A stretch of 24,192 nt of DNA from a virus. Its lineage: Duplodnaviria > Caudoviricetes. The DNA is taken from the IMG/VR virus record IMGVR_UViG_3300006925_000146, positions 1 through 24,192 of that record. One strand, written 5' to 3'. A program made the position numbers and the translations under genes. This document shows, piece by piece, positions 15,377 to 24,192 of the stretch. Under the pieces are notes generated by a model. The model was not told where the DNA came from, made no database searches, and saw only the letters and a program-made list of their open reading frames with translations. How positions within the stretch are numbered: position 1 is the stretch's first letter; every line of letters begins with the position of its first letter.

Positions 15377-15970
15377 TTATAAATACTTTAGTGTCACGCT
15401 AATTTGTTTATCGTTTAAAGAGTTCGGCTTGGTAGACACTATTTCTACTAAACCTTCTTCTACTAATCTTGGTATTCTTACGTCTATGTCTTGACCTTTA
15501 CTATTAATATGTACGACACAACGATCACAGCCTATAGCGTTGAGCAGTTTCTTCTCATGGGCGACTGCATCATTAGTCCATGTATATCCACCTAGGTCTT
15601 CTAAAGCGCCTAAAAAATATGCCCAACCATAAGAGGCTGTTGTATTTTTATTAACAGCACAAGACCAAAGAGCAACTATAGACTCCCCTTCCACAAATAA
15701 GAAGAAGTACCCTTTATTACTTTTTGATATAACATCCATAGACTTAGACACCATACTGTGAAACGTAGGTTTTTCCATGTGGTTATAGGGGAAGTTATCA
15801 GAAAGAAAGTATTTCTCCATCCTAGTTTGAGCTTCCGCAATAAAGGTGTCTCTTTTTTGTTCAGCATGTTCTAAACCCTGTTTAAAGACTTCAGAGTCTA
15901 AGACGCTAGTTACTTCTTCTAGGCTATTGACAATATAAGTAGTTAAACCGTTATGACTAAATACATCCAT
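15377..15970 (-). CDS. Hypothetical protein, possibly GNAT-like fold
   Basis: FFLFVEGESIVAL strand pair and KKLLNAIGCDRCVVHI resemble acetyltransferase topology; weak evidence for function. Confidence 0.55.
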   Translation of the reverse strand: MDVFSHNGLTTYIVNSLEEVTSVLDSEVFKQGLEHAEQKRDTFIAEAQTRMEKYFLSDNFPYNHMEKPTFHSMVSKSMDVISKSNKGYFFLFVEGESIVALWSCAVNKNTTASYGWAYFLGALEDLGGYTWTNDAVAHEKKLLNAIGCDRCVVHINSKGQDIDVRIPRLVEEGLVEIVSTKPNSLNDKQISVTLKYL

Positions 15971-15971
15971 A

Positions 15972-16433
15972 TTAATATCTCCATGTTACGTTAATTGAGT
16001 CTTCACTCGCTCCATCAATGAGCGGGAAAGTGCTAGGGCTAGTCCATGTCCAAATTGACGTAGTACCTGATAATGAGTAAGTCGCGTTAACTCTAGCAAA
16101 TATGTGGCCATCAAAAGATAAATTTACCCACCCACTGTCAGAAGTATGGCCCGTAATTCTGACAATAAACAACTCATTACTATTTTGATCGGTATGGTCA
16201 AAGAAGGCAACTACAGAGTGCTGTACTGAGTCATCTGTGTGTACTTGATTAGAAGTAGGCGAAATAGAGCCTAGTTGCGCATCAGGGGGTGAGATAACTC
16301 CGTCTGCATATCCGTTGCTAGTTGATTTTGTTACTTCTTGCTCTGAATTAATAGTGAAAGTATCTTCAGATAGAGCAACATCATCAGAATATACTATAGG
16401 CCTTGTAAGGTCTTTTATAATATCTTTTATCAT
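15972..16433 (-). CDS. Hypothetical tail-associated protein
   Basis: Ser/Thr-rich, beta-type composition; within the tail cluster. Confidence 0.6.
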   Translation of the reverse strand: MIKDIIKDLTRPIVYSDDVALSEDTFTINSEQEVTKSTSNGYADGVISPPDAQLGSISPTSNQVHTDDSVQHSVVAFFDHTDQNSNELFIVRITGHTSDSGWVNLSFDGHIFARVNATYSLSGTTSIWTWTSPSTFPLIDGASEDSINVTWRY

Positions 16434-16476
16434 GGGAAACCTGCATACTTTGTTACTTGAGGAGCCACGTTACCCC

Positions 16477-16722
16477 CTATCGAGTTTCGTCAATGAATAC
16501 CTTGGATTGCGTACCACCTGAAACTATGTATTTCACATAAGGTGTTAAGACGATCTCTTTAAGCATGTCCGTCGTAACAGTTTCAATAGTTACATAATCA
16601 GTACCATTAAGACTCCCTTGAATAGTAACTGTTTCACCGCTTCCAATTACCACTTGGATTACTCCATGAGAACCGTCACCCATCCTTGGGTTATAAGCCG
16701 TTGCTGATATTAATTGTGCCAT
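16477..16722 (-). CDS. Small putative virion/tail protein
   Basis: VTIQGSLNGTDYVTI beta-sandwich-like motif; AGGA SD. Confidence 0.65.
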   Translation of the reverse strand: MAQLISATAYNPRMGDGSHGVIQVVIGSGETVTIQGSLNGTDYVTIETVTTDMLKEIVLTPYVKYIVSGGTQSKVFIDETR

Positions 16723-16778
16723 TTTAGTTTTTCCTATCGTTTAAATTTTGGTTTGCTTCTTATAGCCATATCAGTTAG

Positions 16779-17042
16779 CTATATTCCCGCTTTCTCTCTT
16801 GCTTCTACTTCAAACTTATTGTTCTGATACCCTACTCTGTACTGTTCTATGAGATACGAGATGTAGAACTTAAACCAACCTAATCGTCTTACTTGATCTA
16901 CGTGCACCATCTCGTGCTCTCTAAAAAGAAACTTACTTAATTCGCTTCTATAAAATACAAAGGGGTATAGAACTATTGCTTTGGCTTTTATTCTGTACTT
17001 CCCAAATAACCAAGGACATACAAACTCTCTTACCTTCAACAT
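16779..17042 (-). CDS. Small zincin-like metallopeptidase (HExxH, DUF4157-like)
   Basis: HEMVHVDQ followed by NKFEVEARE; AAGGTGG SD. Confidence 0.7.
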   Translation of the reverse strand: MLKVREFVCPWLFGKYRIKAKAIVLYPFVFYRSELSKFLFREHEMVHVDQVRRLGWFKFYISYLIEQYRVGYQNNKFEVEAREKAGI

Positions 17043-17064
17043 TTTTATACCACCTTATTTTGTA

Positions 17065-18297
17065 TTAACTCGTTGCTTTGTAAACACCAGAAGATGCCTC
17101 CCAAACAATCGCAGTGTTATCAGTTCCATATGGTAAGGTGTTATCTGTGTGGAGCCTTACCACACTACAAGAATGTCCCGGTGGTATGACTACATCAAAT
17201 GAATTTTCTGTAATCGTTCCGTCACTTGCTACGAATATAAGATTAGTGAAACCAGAAGCGAGGCGTAGTTTAACATCAATATCACCTATATTTAAGATTT
17301 TCTGGATAAACCTAAACTTATTTCCGGAATGGTTAATTGTTGCAATAATTTCGGTAAAATTTAAGGAAGAACCCTGAACGATATTCTGGCTTGGGGCGTT
17401 GCCGAAACGTACTCCAAAGTTCTGTGTACGGTAAAGCCAAGTTGTACCACCTATAAAAGAGTCAACCCGAGCCATTTCTATATCTAAATTTGTTGGCACA
17501 GACGATAAATATTTTCTTAGATTAGAGTAAGGGTTTACAACAACTTCAGTACTGTCAACACCTGTAGTACTGTCATCGTTATAATTAATAACAGAATAGT
17601 TATTAGTAACCTGAACAACATCAGAGGCCGCTAAGGTTTCAAAGTATATTCTATTGCTCTGAAGAGCAATGAAATAATCTGCTGTTGTTATTGGGAATGA
17701 TGTATCTCTTACTAGCTTCACGCCATTTAAGAAGACAAAACAATTAACATTAACGTCATCTACTTCAATGTAACTATAATTACCTCCCCCAATAACAGTA
17801 TCAGTGAAGGTAGTAAAGGTTTCGGTCTCGTTTTCAGGAATAGTTAGTTCAAAACCAGTACCATTATAAATTTTAAGGACTTTGCTAGTAGTATCATACC
17901 AGAGATCGCCCAAAGAAGGGCTAGTAGGTGCGGTGCCAGAAGCTACATAGAACGTTGAGGCTGCAAAGTTGACCTCAGAGGCAGTATCAATCGCCTCCTG
18001 TGCCATATAAAATAACTGGTTAGCGTCATCGTCCAGTACGTCAGCAGTCATCAGAGACCCGTCTTGGTAATCATTAAGCCTTAAGTTTTGGCTGGTTTGA
18101 CGACCTATGCGGATCTCCGCTCCATTAGCAGGAGCCGTGACGAAAGTCACAGTCTCCCCTAATACATTGTAGTCAGTGGGGGAGCTTTTTAATTCTCCAT
18201 CCACTGCAACTACCAAGTGGTCTTCTTGTAGATACTTTGGCGTTGTGTAGGTAGCTTGAGTACCATCACCAGCGTATTCAATATATGAAAGTGCCAT
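17065..18297 (-). CDS. Tail fibre protein with a T7 gp17-like N-terminal adaptor
   Basis: YLQEDHLVVAVDG...IRIGRQT...DYQDGSLMTADVLD...QLFYMAQEAID; internal GDLWYDT...LKIYNG motif. Confidence 0.88.
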   Translation of the reverse strand: MALSYIEYAGDGTQATYTTPKYLQEDHLVVAVDGELKSSPTDYNVLGETVTFVTAPANGAEIRIGRQTSQNLRLNDYQDGSLMTADVLDDDANQLFYMAQEAIDTASEVNFAASTFYVASGTAPTSPSLGDLWYDTTSKVLKIYNGTGFELTIPENETETFTTFTDTVIGGGNYSYIEVDDVNVNCFVFLNGVKLVRDTSFPITTADYFIALQSNRIYFETLAASDVVQVTNNYSVINYNDDSTTGVDSTEVVVNPYSNLRKYLSSVPTNLDIEMARVDSFIGGTTWLYRTQNFGVRFGNAPSQNIVQGSSLNFTEIIATINHSGNKFRFIQKILNIGDIDVKLRLASGFTNLIFVASDGTITENSFDVVIPPGHSCSVVRLHTDNTLPYGTDNTAIVWEASSGVYKATS

Positions 18298-18306
18298 TTT
18301 GTTTTC

Positions 18307-21300
18307 CTATTTTAATATGTCGAAGAAACCATCTTCTGTTGCTGATTTAATATCTTCCTTCTCTTCTATTCTATCCATTACGTCAGGGACTTCCTCCGCT
18401 AACATATCCCACGCTTCTTCTTTATAATCGCGCATGATTGCCCTTATCTCTTTTACTTTGGGGCTATTAGAGGGAGTACCTACAGCAATACTATCATCCA
18501 TAAGTACCTCTTTAATCTCCAGATCAGGTCTAAGGCTACGGTAGTGGTGCATCCATCTACTCATGTAACTCTCTTCTGGTCTGTTCTTAGTAGCGGGAGC
18601 ATAAAGAGTCCTTAAGTCTTCCTCTCCATATCCTTTCTTGTAACGATAAGGATGATAGAAGTATGTGTTGGCATCTAGGCCTAACTGAAACATTTTCTCT
18701 CTGTTAAAGATTTGGGTTTCATTTAAACCTTTCCTAAACTCCTCTTCTTGTGTTGCATTAAAGATTATATTAGAGGCCATAGGGTCAGGGTTAGTGATAG
18801 GCATACCATTTACATCATAAGAAGGTGTTAGCTTGGCTTTGAAAGTATCAATATCAAGGTCAATACCTAGCTGCTGTAACAAAGGATCTGCATACTCTTC
18901 TAGTGCATGGTGATAGGGAAGACCTTGTTTCCTCAACAGTTGCTCAAAGCTTGCTGTTTGGTATCGTGTAGGATCTTCAAACTCATACAGTTTGTAAATC
19001 TGACGGGGGAACATAGCCCCAACAACGTCAAAAAACTTCTTCGTAAGAATAGGTTTATCTTCATCTGTTGGGTCATTTACTGCTTGTGATATAAGACCCG
19101 CAGGGCCAAAGACATCCTCATAGGTCTGAGAGAACCCTGTAAGAAGTCTAGCATCGGCTATAGTGGTCGTTAAACCAACTAAGGCCGCAGACATAGGTCT
19201 GGTAGCATCTTCCCAAAAACGCTCAAGCTCCCCTTTATCAGTAATACCTTCTTGCTGTTGACGCAATAAAAGGATCTGATAGTTTTCCATAGTGTTGGCT
19301 ATGATTTTGATAGGTGTAGAGATAGGATCAGATAATCTGTAACTCCACCAACTACCATCAGGTAACTGAATAGAGTAAGGATGCTCCGGGTCATTAGCGC
19401 CAGTAATAGTACCAGCAGCCAACATCGTCATAGTTTCCATTGTCAACGCTTGTCCTAGTAACATCTCACCTCTTGCACGTAGCATGGCTTTGTTACCATT
19501 CTTACCCAATAGATCATCTCTGAACTTCTGCGTAGACAGCACGTTCAATGCAGGAGTAAGACGTATCCCTTCTTCAAATACACGTACAGGTGTTCTCCAG
19601 AACAGGTTTAACAGCAACTTAGCTACAGGCCACTCTCTTACAAACTTCTCGTACTTCTTAGCACTGCCTGACAGTAACCCTGCACCACTAAACTCTTTCT
19701 TAAAGAGAATATCGTTAGAGTATTCGATGGCTCCTTGATCATTATAAGAGAATAAACCACTCTCATTTTTAACTAATTCATCAGCAACCCAGTTCTCTAA
19801 CTCTTCGCCTTTAAGTTTCTTAGCTACACCTTTACGGTAGACAGCATCAACTGTTTGTTCACGTAGAGAGGTGTCATAAGCTTCATCAAGTTTTGTTTTA
19901 ACCTGATTATTTATAAATGCGTCTAACTCACTTCCTTTTAAACCTTTCTTAACACCTTCCTCATAGGCATCATCAGTAGCCCTTGCAGAGACAAACCCAC
20001 GATAGTTAATATCCTGTAGGAACGCATCAGAGGCCAACAAGAGTCTAGGGAAGAGTCTTATAACCGAACCTGTAATACCCTTAAACCTAATATCCTCATC
20101 GAACATCTTGTTGGTTTCAAAGGTAGCTATCTGCTTCTCGTATTTAAAAGCCATAGCAGCCGCTTTAAACGCAGACTGACGCATAGCTTTTATACCAGCA
20201 TAGCCAGCCATCATTTCTAAACGGGCTTGTTTGTTCCACTTACCACCTAGAGCAAAGTCTAGTGCAGGTCTGTAGATAGTCTTTAAACTAGACACACCCA
20301 CGTTCAGCAGTAAGGTACTCACCGAGAATACGTTACCAATGGTAAGCTCTACTGCATCTTTGGATCTTTCTAGGAGTTGGTGTTTAAACTTGTCAAGTAA
20401 ACTTCTTTTTGGTTTATTTTTAGTTGCTCCGGGTTTTTGTTCGAGGTTGTTTAAATCAGGATCGGCATCATCAATAACCTTATTAAGCTCTTCCCTTTTT
20501 TCTCGACTTAGTTTGAGGTAAGTAGCAGGATCATTGTTCTCAAGAGCCTCTTTTAACTTAGCGTCATACTTTGCTCTTACTTGACTCAGTTTAGTTTTCT
20601 CGATGCCCTCTTCTATAGCTTCCTTCTTCTTGACTAAAAGTTCAGCCTCAGACAAATCAGGGAACTCTTCTTTAAGCTCCGCCATTGAATAACCTTTACC
20701 ACTAATAAAGATACCATCACGTTGTTTGAGTGCCATACCCTGAGCGCCAGCTAAGTCAGCATCAAGGTCGTAGATAGGAGATGCGTTAGCCTCGGCTTGG
20801 AGGATTTGTTCACGAAGTTTTATTTCTTGTTCAGGTGTTGAAGCCTTTTGCCACTTCTCTAGCAATTCATCTTGCTCACGTAAGAAGTGGTCACGGACAC
20901 CTTGGATAACCTGATCAATGTTTGCACGTGACTCTACAGTAAGCTCACTATTGCGGATATGATCTGCTAGTTTAACAAACCTCGCAGGGGTCATCTTAAT
21001 GATGTCAGGGATTAAACTTGCTGCCCTCTCTGTAATAGACTCCATGTTTCTTAAAGGAGCTGTTAAGGCTGTGTTGTAGTAAGGGATCTCAATGAGAACC
21101 CCATCTATGTCTAAGACTTCAGGTGTTTCTTCTTGCTTAGGAGTAACTGAAGGTTCCTCTAGGGTGCTTTTAGGGACTTCAACTTTATCTGCTTCATCTA
21201 CCTCATCAACCTTGATTGATCGGTTTTCTCTTTCAGCTTTAATCTGCTTTAGTTTATCTTTTCTAGCAACCTTGTTGGTAATAGCTGTTACACCAGTATC

Positions 21301-21990
21301 AGCCGCAGTACCTAGAATTGCCCCTCCAACAGCACCTATAGCTGTGCCTGTAAGCACGTTACCATAATCTACAGAGTCTTGAGCGCCACCGCCTACACGG
21401 ATACCTTCTCGTATACGCGCATCAGCAGCTCCGTAGATACCGCCTTCAATAGCCCCTATTGTACCACCACGTTTGATACCTTGTTTGAGGAGTTCTTTAA
21501 GACCTTGTTTGGTGGCTACCTTACCAACTTCCTTGCCAGCTAAACCAAAGCCAAGTGTAGTGATACCTACATAGGTTGCAGGATCAGTTAAGAAGCCTTT
21601 GGTAAATCTTCCAAGAGCTTCGAGGTTAGGCTCATCAATCTCATCGAATGTTTCCATCATGTAGAGGAAGGCTTCTTTCTGTTCTTGGGTAGCGGATTGG
21701 AGCTTCACTGCATCCACAGCCATACCTAGAGTAAAGTTAGAGTTAAACCAAGCCATGTGTTCAATACCGTACTGGGCTAACTCTTCATCTGTACCACTCC
21801 ACTTAGTCTGTTCAGTTTTATCTATGTTATAAATCTCTTCCGCAGCCTTAAGCCAAGGGGTATGTGTAGATAAATCTTCATAGGCTGGAATGATAGAAGA
21901 GTCGTAGGTGGGGACAGGTGTTGTATAAGTCTTTTCCCAAGGACGTTTTACTGTCTCCACTTCGTAGTTCTTTTCCCAAGGGTTTGTCAT
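18307..21990 (-). CDS. Large internal virion (ejection) protein, gp16-like
   Basis: 1227 aa, helical, Gly/Ala-rich membrane-spanning-like segment near the N-terminus; lies just before the tail fibre. Confidence 0.8.
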   Translation of the reverse strand: MTNPWEKNYEVETVKRPWEKTYTTPVPTYDSSIIPAYEDLSTHTPWLKAAEEIYNIDKTEQTKWSGTDEELAQYGIEHMAWFNSNFTLGMAVDAVKLQSATQEQKEAFLYMMETFDEIDEPNLEALGRFTKGFLTDPATYVGITTLGFGLAGKEVGKVATKQGLKELLKQGIKRGGTIGAIEGGIYGAADARIREGIRVGGGAQDSVDYGNVLTGTAIGAVGGAILGTAADTGVTAITNKVARKDKLKQIKAERENRSIKVDEVDEADKVEVPKSTLEEPSVTPKQEETPEVLDIDGVLIEIPYYNTALTAPLRNMESITERAASLIPDIIKMTPARFVKLADHIRNSELTVESRANIDQVIQGVRDHFLREQDELLEKWQKASTPEQEIKLREQILQAEANASPIYDLDADLAGAQGMALKQRDGIFISGKGYSMAELKEEFPDLSEAELLVKKKEAIEEGIEKTKLSQVRAKYDAKLKEALENNDPATYLKLSREKREELNKVIDDADPDLNNLEQKPGATKNKPKRSLLDKFKHQLLERSKDAVELTIGNVFSVSTLLLNVGVSSLKTIYRPALDFALGGKWNKQARLEMMAGYAGIKAMRQSAFKAAAMAFKYEKQIATFETNKMFDEDIRFKGITGSVIRLFPRLLLASDAFLQDINYRGFVSARATDDAYEEGVKKGLKGSELDAFINNQVKTKLDEAYDTSLREQTVDAVYRKGVAKKLKGEELENWVADELVKNESGLFSYNDQGAIEYSNDILFKKEFSGAGLLSGSAKKYEKFVREWPVAKLLLNLFWRTPVRVFEEGIRLTPALNVLSTQKFRDDLLGKNGNKAMLRARGEMLLGQALTMETMTMLAAGTITGANDPEHPYSIQLPDGSWWSYRLSDPISTPIKIIANTMENYQILLLRQQQEGITDKGELERFWEDATRPMSAALVGLTTTIADARLLTGFSQTYEDVFGPAGLISQAVNDPTDEDKPILTKKFFDVVGAMFPRQIYKLYEFEDPTRYQTASFEQLLRKQGLPYHHALEEYADPLLQQLGIDLDIDTFKAKLTPSYDVNGMPITNPDPMASNIIFNATQEEEFRKGLNETQIFNREKMFQLGLDANTYFYHPYRYKKGYGEEDLRTLYAPATKNRPEESYMSRWMHHYRSLRPDLEIKEVLMDDSIAVGTPSNSPKVKEIRAIMRDYKEEAWDMLAEEVPDVMDRIEEKEDIKSATEDGFFDILK

Positions 21991-22024
21991 TTATTTACTC
22001 CGATGTTTATATTGGTGCTGGTTT

Positions 22025-23740
22025 TTAAGGCTTTGCTTCTTCTACGGGAACCCAGCTTTCTTTCTTACTGGGATCTCCCCCTATATACTTGAAGCCTTGG
22101 TCAATAGTGCCTATTTCTAGCCCACTACTACCTTCTTCAGGAGGTTCTACCGCATCCTCAAGAAATTGTATTTTATTATCACTGTTGACATATTCTATAA
22201 TAGGCTGCATTACTTTTTGGGCAGCTTCCTCATAAAAACCTGATAATGTTTTTGTAGTTAAATTATTACCACCCTCTATATGCTCTTCTACAGCTCCATA
22301 TACCTCACGCTTAAGCTCACCCTCAAGATATGTTAGAACAGGCGTGCCCTCCAACATTGCTTTAGAGTAGTTCTTCATGGCCCTAGCAAAAATAGTACCC
22401 TTAAATTGATCTTTAAGTTGGTTAAACTGAACCTTAAGGGGTTTTGAAGCCTCTGTGTTATCAATGAACTCATTAATACTTAGGCTCTTCTGGGCGCTTT
22501 CTAAAAGCATATTGAAATCGTTTTCGTTAGCCATCTTACCGAGATACAATTCAGACAGTTTTGTTTCTAACTCTTCAGCGGTAGGGATAACACCCTCAGC
22601 AAAACCAAAAGCAGTAAAGTCTTCTCTCACTGCCGCCTTCGCCAAATCACGTTTAGTTTTAAGAAAGAGTTTCTTAGCTTCAGCTTTTAGAGCAGGTTCT
22701 GCCTCTATTGCTTTTTGTTGATTTACTTTTTGGTTAATGTCTACAAGATATATTTTTTGATTATCTGTTAGAGCGTTGTTAGCTAAAATATTAGCATCGG
22801 GTGTAACCCATTCACCAGACCTTAGCTGTACCTCTAACTCTTTGGTTCTTTTGTCCTCTTCAATCTTATCTTCAGTTCTCTTTAAGTTTCTCTCTGAGCC
22901 AGCTAAAGATTTCTGTCTAATAACAGTAGTGGTAAGTTTTTCTCTCATGTCATCACCACCCTTACCAGAGAGAATGTACTGCTCTGCTAAGTGTGTATTG
23001 GCACGACCATTCTCGTCCCTTGAGAGTGCGTAGGTGTTAAAGATGTCCCCTAACATACCAGCGGCAATCTCGTTCTTTAAACCATAACCACCATCTTCAG
23101 GTTTAGCTGTAAGTCTAGTAAAGAGCTGTGATTCAGTAGCTCTAAAGGCTGCTGTAGGGTCTTTAGGGTTATTATCCTGAGCTTCTTTCCAAACTGTTGG
23201 AAGTATATTACTAATAACATCTTTCTTCTGTGTTAAGATAGACTCATTAATACCTTTGATAAGGTTGGCTTCAGTTTGGAGCCTAAAGGTGTTTGCGAAT
23301 ACTGCTTGTGCTTCTGGGTTATCCTTATAACCTTCAAAGGTTTCGTTATAGCCTGCTCCCTCCTCACTACTTGCCCAGCTAGTGAAGATATTATTAAAAG
23401 AGCTGTTTTCATCATAGTTCTGGCTTGCCTGCGCTCCTTCAAAAAGAGCTGCTTGACGGCTTGCCTCTACCCTTGCTTGGTCTTTTTGTAAAGCTGTGGC
23501 TTTGCGTTCTAGTTTTTCTCTAAGACGTTCTTCTTCCGCAGCTACCTTAGCATTAGCCGCCCCTAAGTTACTTACAGCACCGCTAACCTGACCCAAAGCA
23601 TCCGCAATCATCTTTCCACGTTGGCCAGCGTTTGTCCGTACAAAGGTGTCAACAGGTTGAGCTTTGACTTGGTAGCCAGTACGCACTGCCGGGTTACGTA
23701 AATCACCCGCACCCTGTCGTATTGATTTATTCTTTGCCAT
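22025..23740 (-). CDS. Internal virion protein, gp15-like
   Basis: AQPVDTFVR...LGQVSGAV N-terminus, helical composition, position between gp14-like and gp16-like genes. Confidence 0.78.
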   Translation of the reverse strand: MAKNKSIRQGAGDLRNPAVRTGYQVKAQPVDTFVRTNAGQRGKMIADALGQVSGAVSNLGAANAKVAAEEERLREKLERKATALQKDQARVEASRQAALFEGAQASQNYDENSSFNNIFTSWASSEEGAGYNETFEGYKDNPEAQAVFANTFRLQTEANLIKGINESILTQKKDVISNILPTVWKEAQDNNPKDPTAAFRATESQLFTRLTAKPEDGGYGLKNEIAAGMLGDIFNTYALSRDENGRANTHLAEQYILSGKGGDDMREKLTTTVIRQKSLAGSERNLKRTEDKIEEDKRTKELEVQLRSGEWVTPDANILANNALTDNQKIYLVDINQKVNQQKAIEAEPALKAEAKKLFLKTKRDLAKAAVREDFTAFGFAEGVIPTAEELETKLSELYLGKMANENDFNMLLESAQKSLSINEFIDNTEASKPLKVQFNQLKDQFKGTIFARAMKNYSKAMLEGTPVLTYLEGELKREVYGAVEEHIEGGNNLTTKTLSGFYEEAAQKVMQPIIEYVNSDNKIQFLEDAVEPPEEGSSGLEIGTIDQGFKYIGGDPSKKESWVPVEEAKP

Positions 23741-23754
23741 TGTTGTTTCCTTTA

Positions 23755-24192
23755 TTACTCAATTTCACCGAAGCCGCCTGATTTATACTGAGCAGTAGTA
23801 TTAACACCAGCCGACCCTATCTTTAGGGCTGTAGCCATAGGGCTTGCTTTAGACACAGAGTTAATACGTGACTGCGCTCTTGATGTAGCCCCTAAGCGCT
23901 GCTCACCTAACTGTGCTTGAGTACGCTCAAGGTTCTGTCCGCTCATTGTGTTGGACTCTAAACCTTGTCGCATGATGTCTTGGACAACAGCGTTGTTGTT
24001 TAGGAAGCCACCGCTCTCGCCACCTGCTACGGTAGCTTTTGCAGCTAACCCTTGTGTCTGTCTGTCCTGTTCAATGGATTGGGCTGCTGTTGCTTCTTGC
24101 TCCTGAGCTTCCTGAAGATTAATCGCTCTATCTTCGTCCATCTTAGCTTGGTTAGCTGCTTTGGCATTAGACTCGAAAGCTTTGTTTTGTGC
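23755..24192 (-). CDS. Internal virion protein, gp14-like (5' end outside the window)
   Basis: Frame is open to the window edge; Ala/Gln-rich; ATVAGGESG and SPMATALKIG motifs. Confidence 0.78.
   Translation of the reverse strand, partial: AQNKAFESNAKAANQAKMDEDRAINLQEAQEQEATAAQSIEQDRQTQGLAAKATVAGGESGGFLNNNAVVQDIMRQGLESNTMSGQNLERTQAQLGEQRLGATSRAQSRINSVSKASPMATALKIGSAGVNTTAQYKSGGFGEIE

Noticed and set aside
288-23491. Plus-strand ORFs in the ORF track (e.g. 388-663, 1483-1956, 2096-2515, 6036-6383, 9268-9651, 11573-11791)
   Set aside because: Nearly all lie antisense to well-supported minus-strand genes and show no recognisable motifs; treated as shadow ORFs.

Overview
About 24 kb of a T7-like podophage (Autographiviridae-type, probably marine and temperate). 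Every credible gene is on the minus strand. In transcription order (right to left): internal virion proteins (gp14/15/16-like), tail fibre and accessory tail genes, holin, small terminase, HNH protein, large terminase, a mostly non-coding genome-end/origin region (~10620-11630), small early genes including a GP88-like protein, a MarR-like regulator, a tyrosine integrase, an intact attP, the RNA polymerase, SSB, endonuclease I, primase-helicase, then small ORFs. Terminase joined to the early genes plus an intact attP indicate the circular or concatemeric, non-integrated form. Main unusual features: (1) an integron-type attC cassette array after the primase-helicase, with ORFs antisense to canonical attC polarity and no IntI in the window; (2) the RNAP is split into an N-terminal promoter-binding ORF and a catalytic ORF, joined by an ATGA overlap with its own Shine-Dalgarno; (3) a consensus sigma54 promoter in tandem with a sigma70 promoter at the start of the early region; (4) an attP core resembling a tRNA-Arg(CCT) anticodon arm, sitting between int and RNAP; (5) a 21-bp phage promoter followed in both copies by a C-tract-GTTCA element; (6) an orphan perfect 10-nt Shine-Dalgarno near the genome end. 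All calls come from reading motifs by eye; no searches were run.
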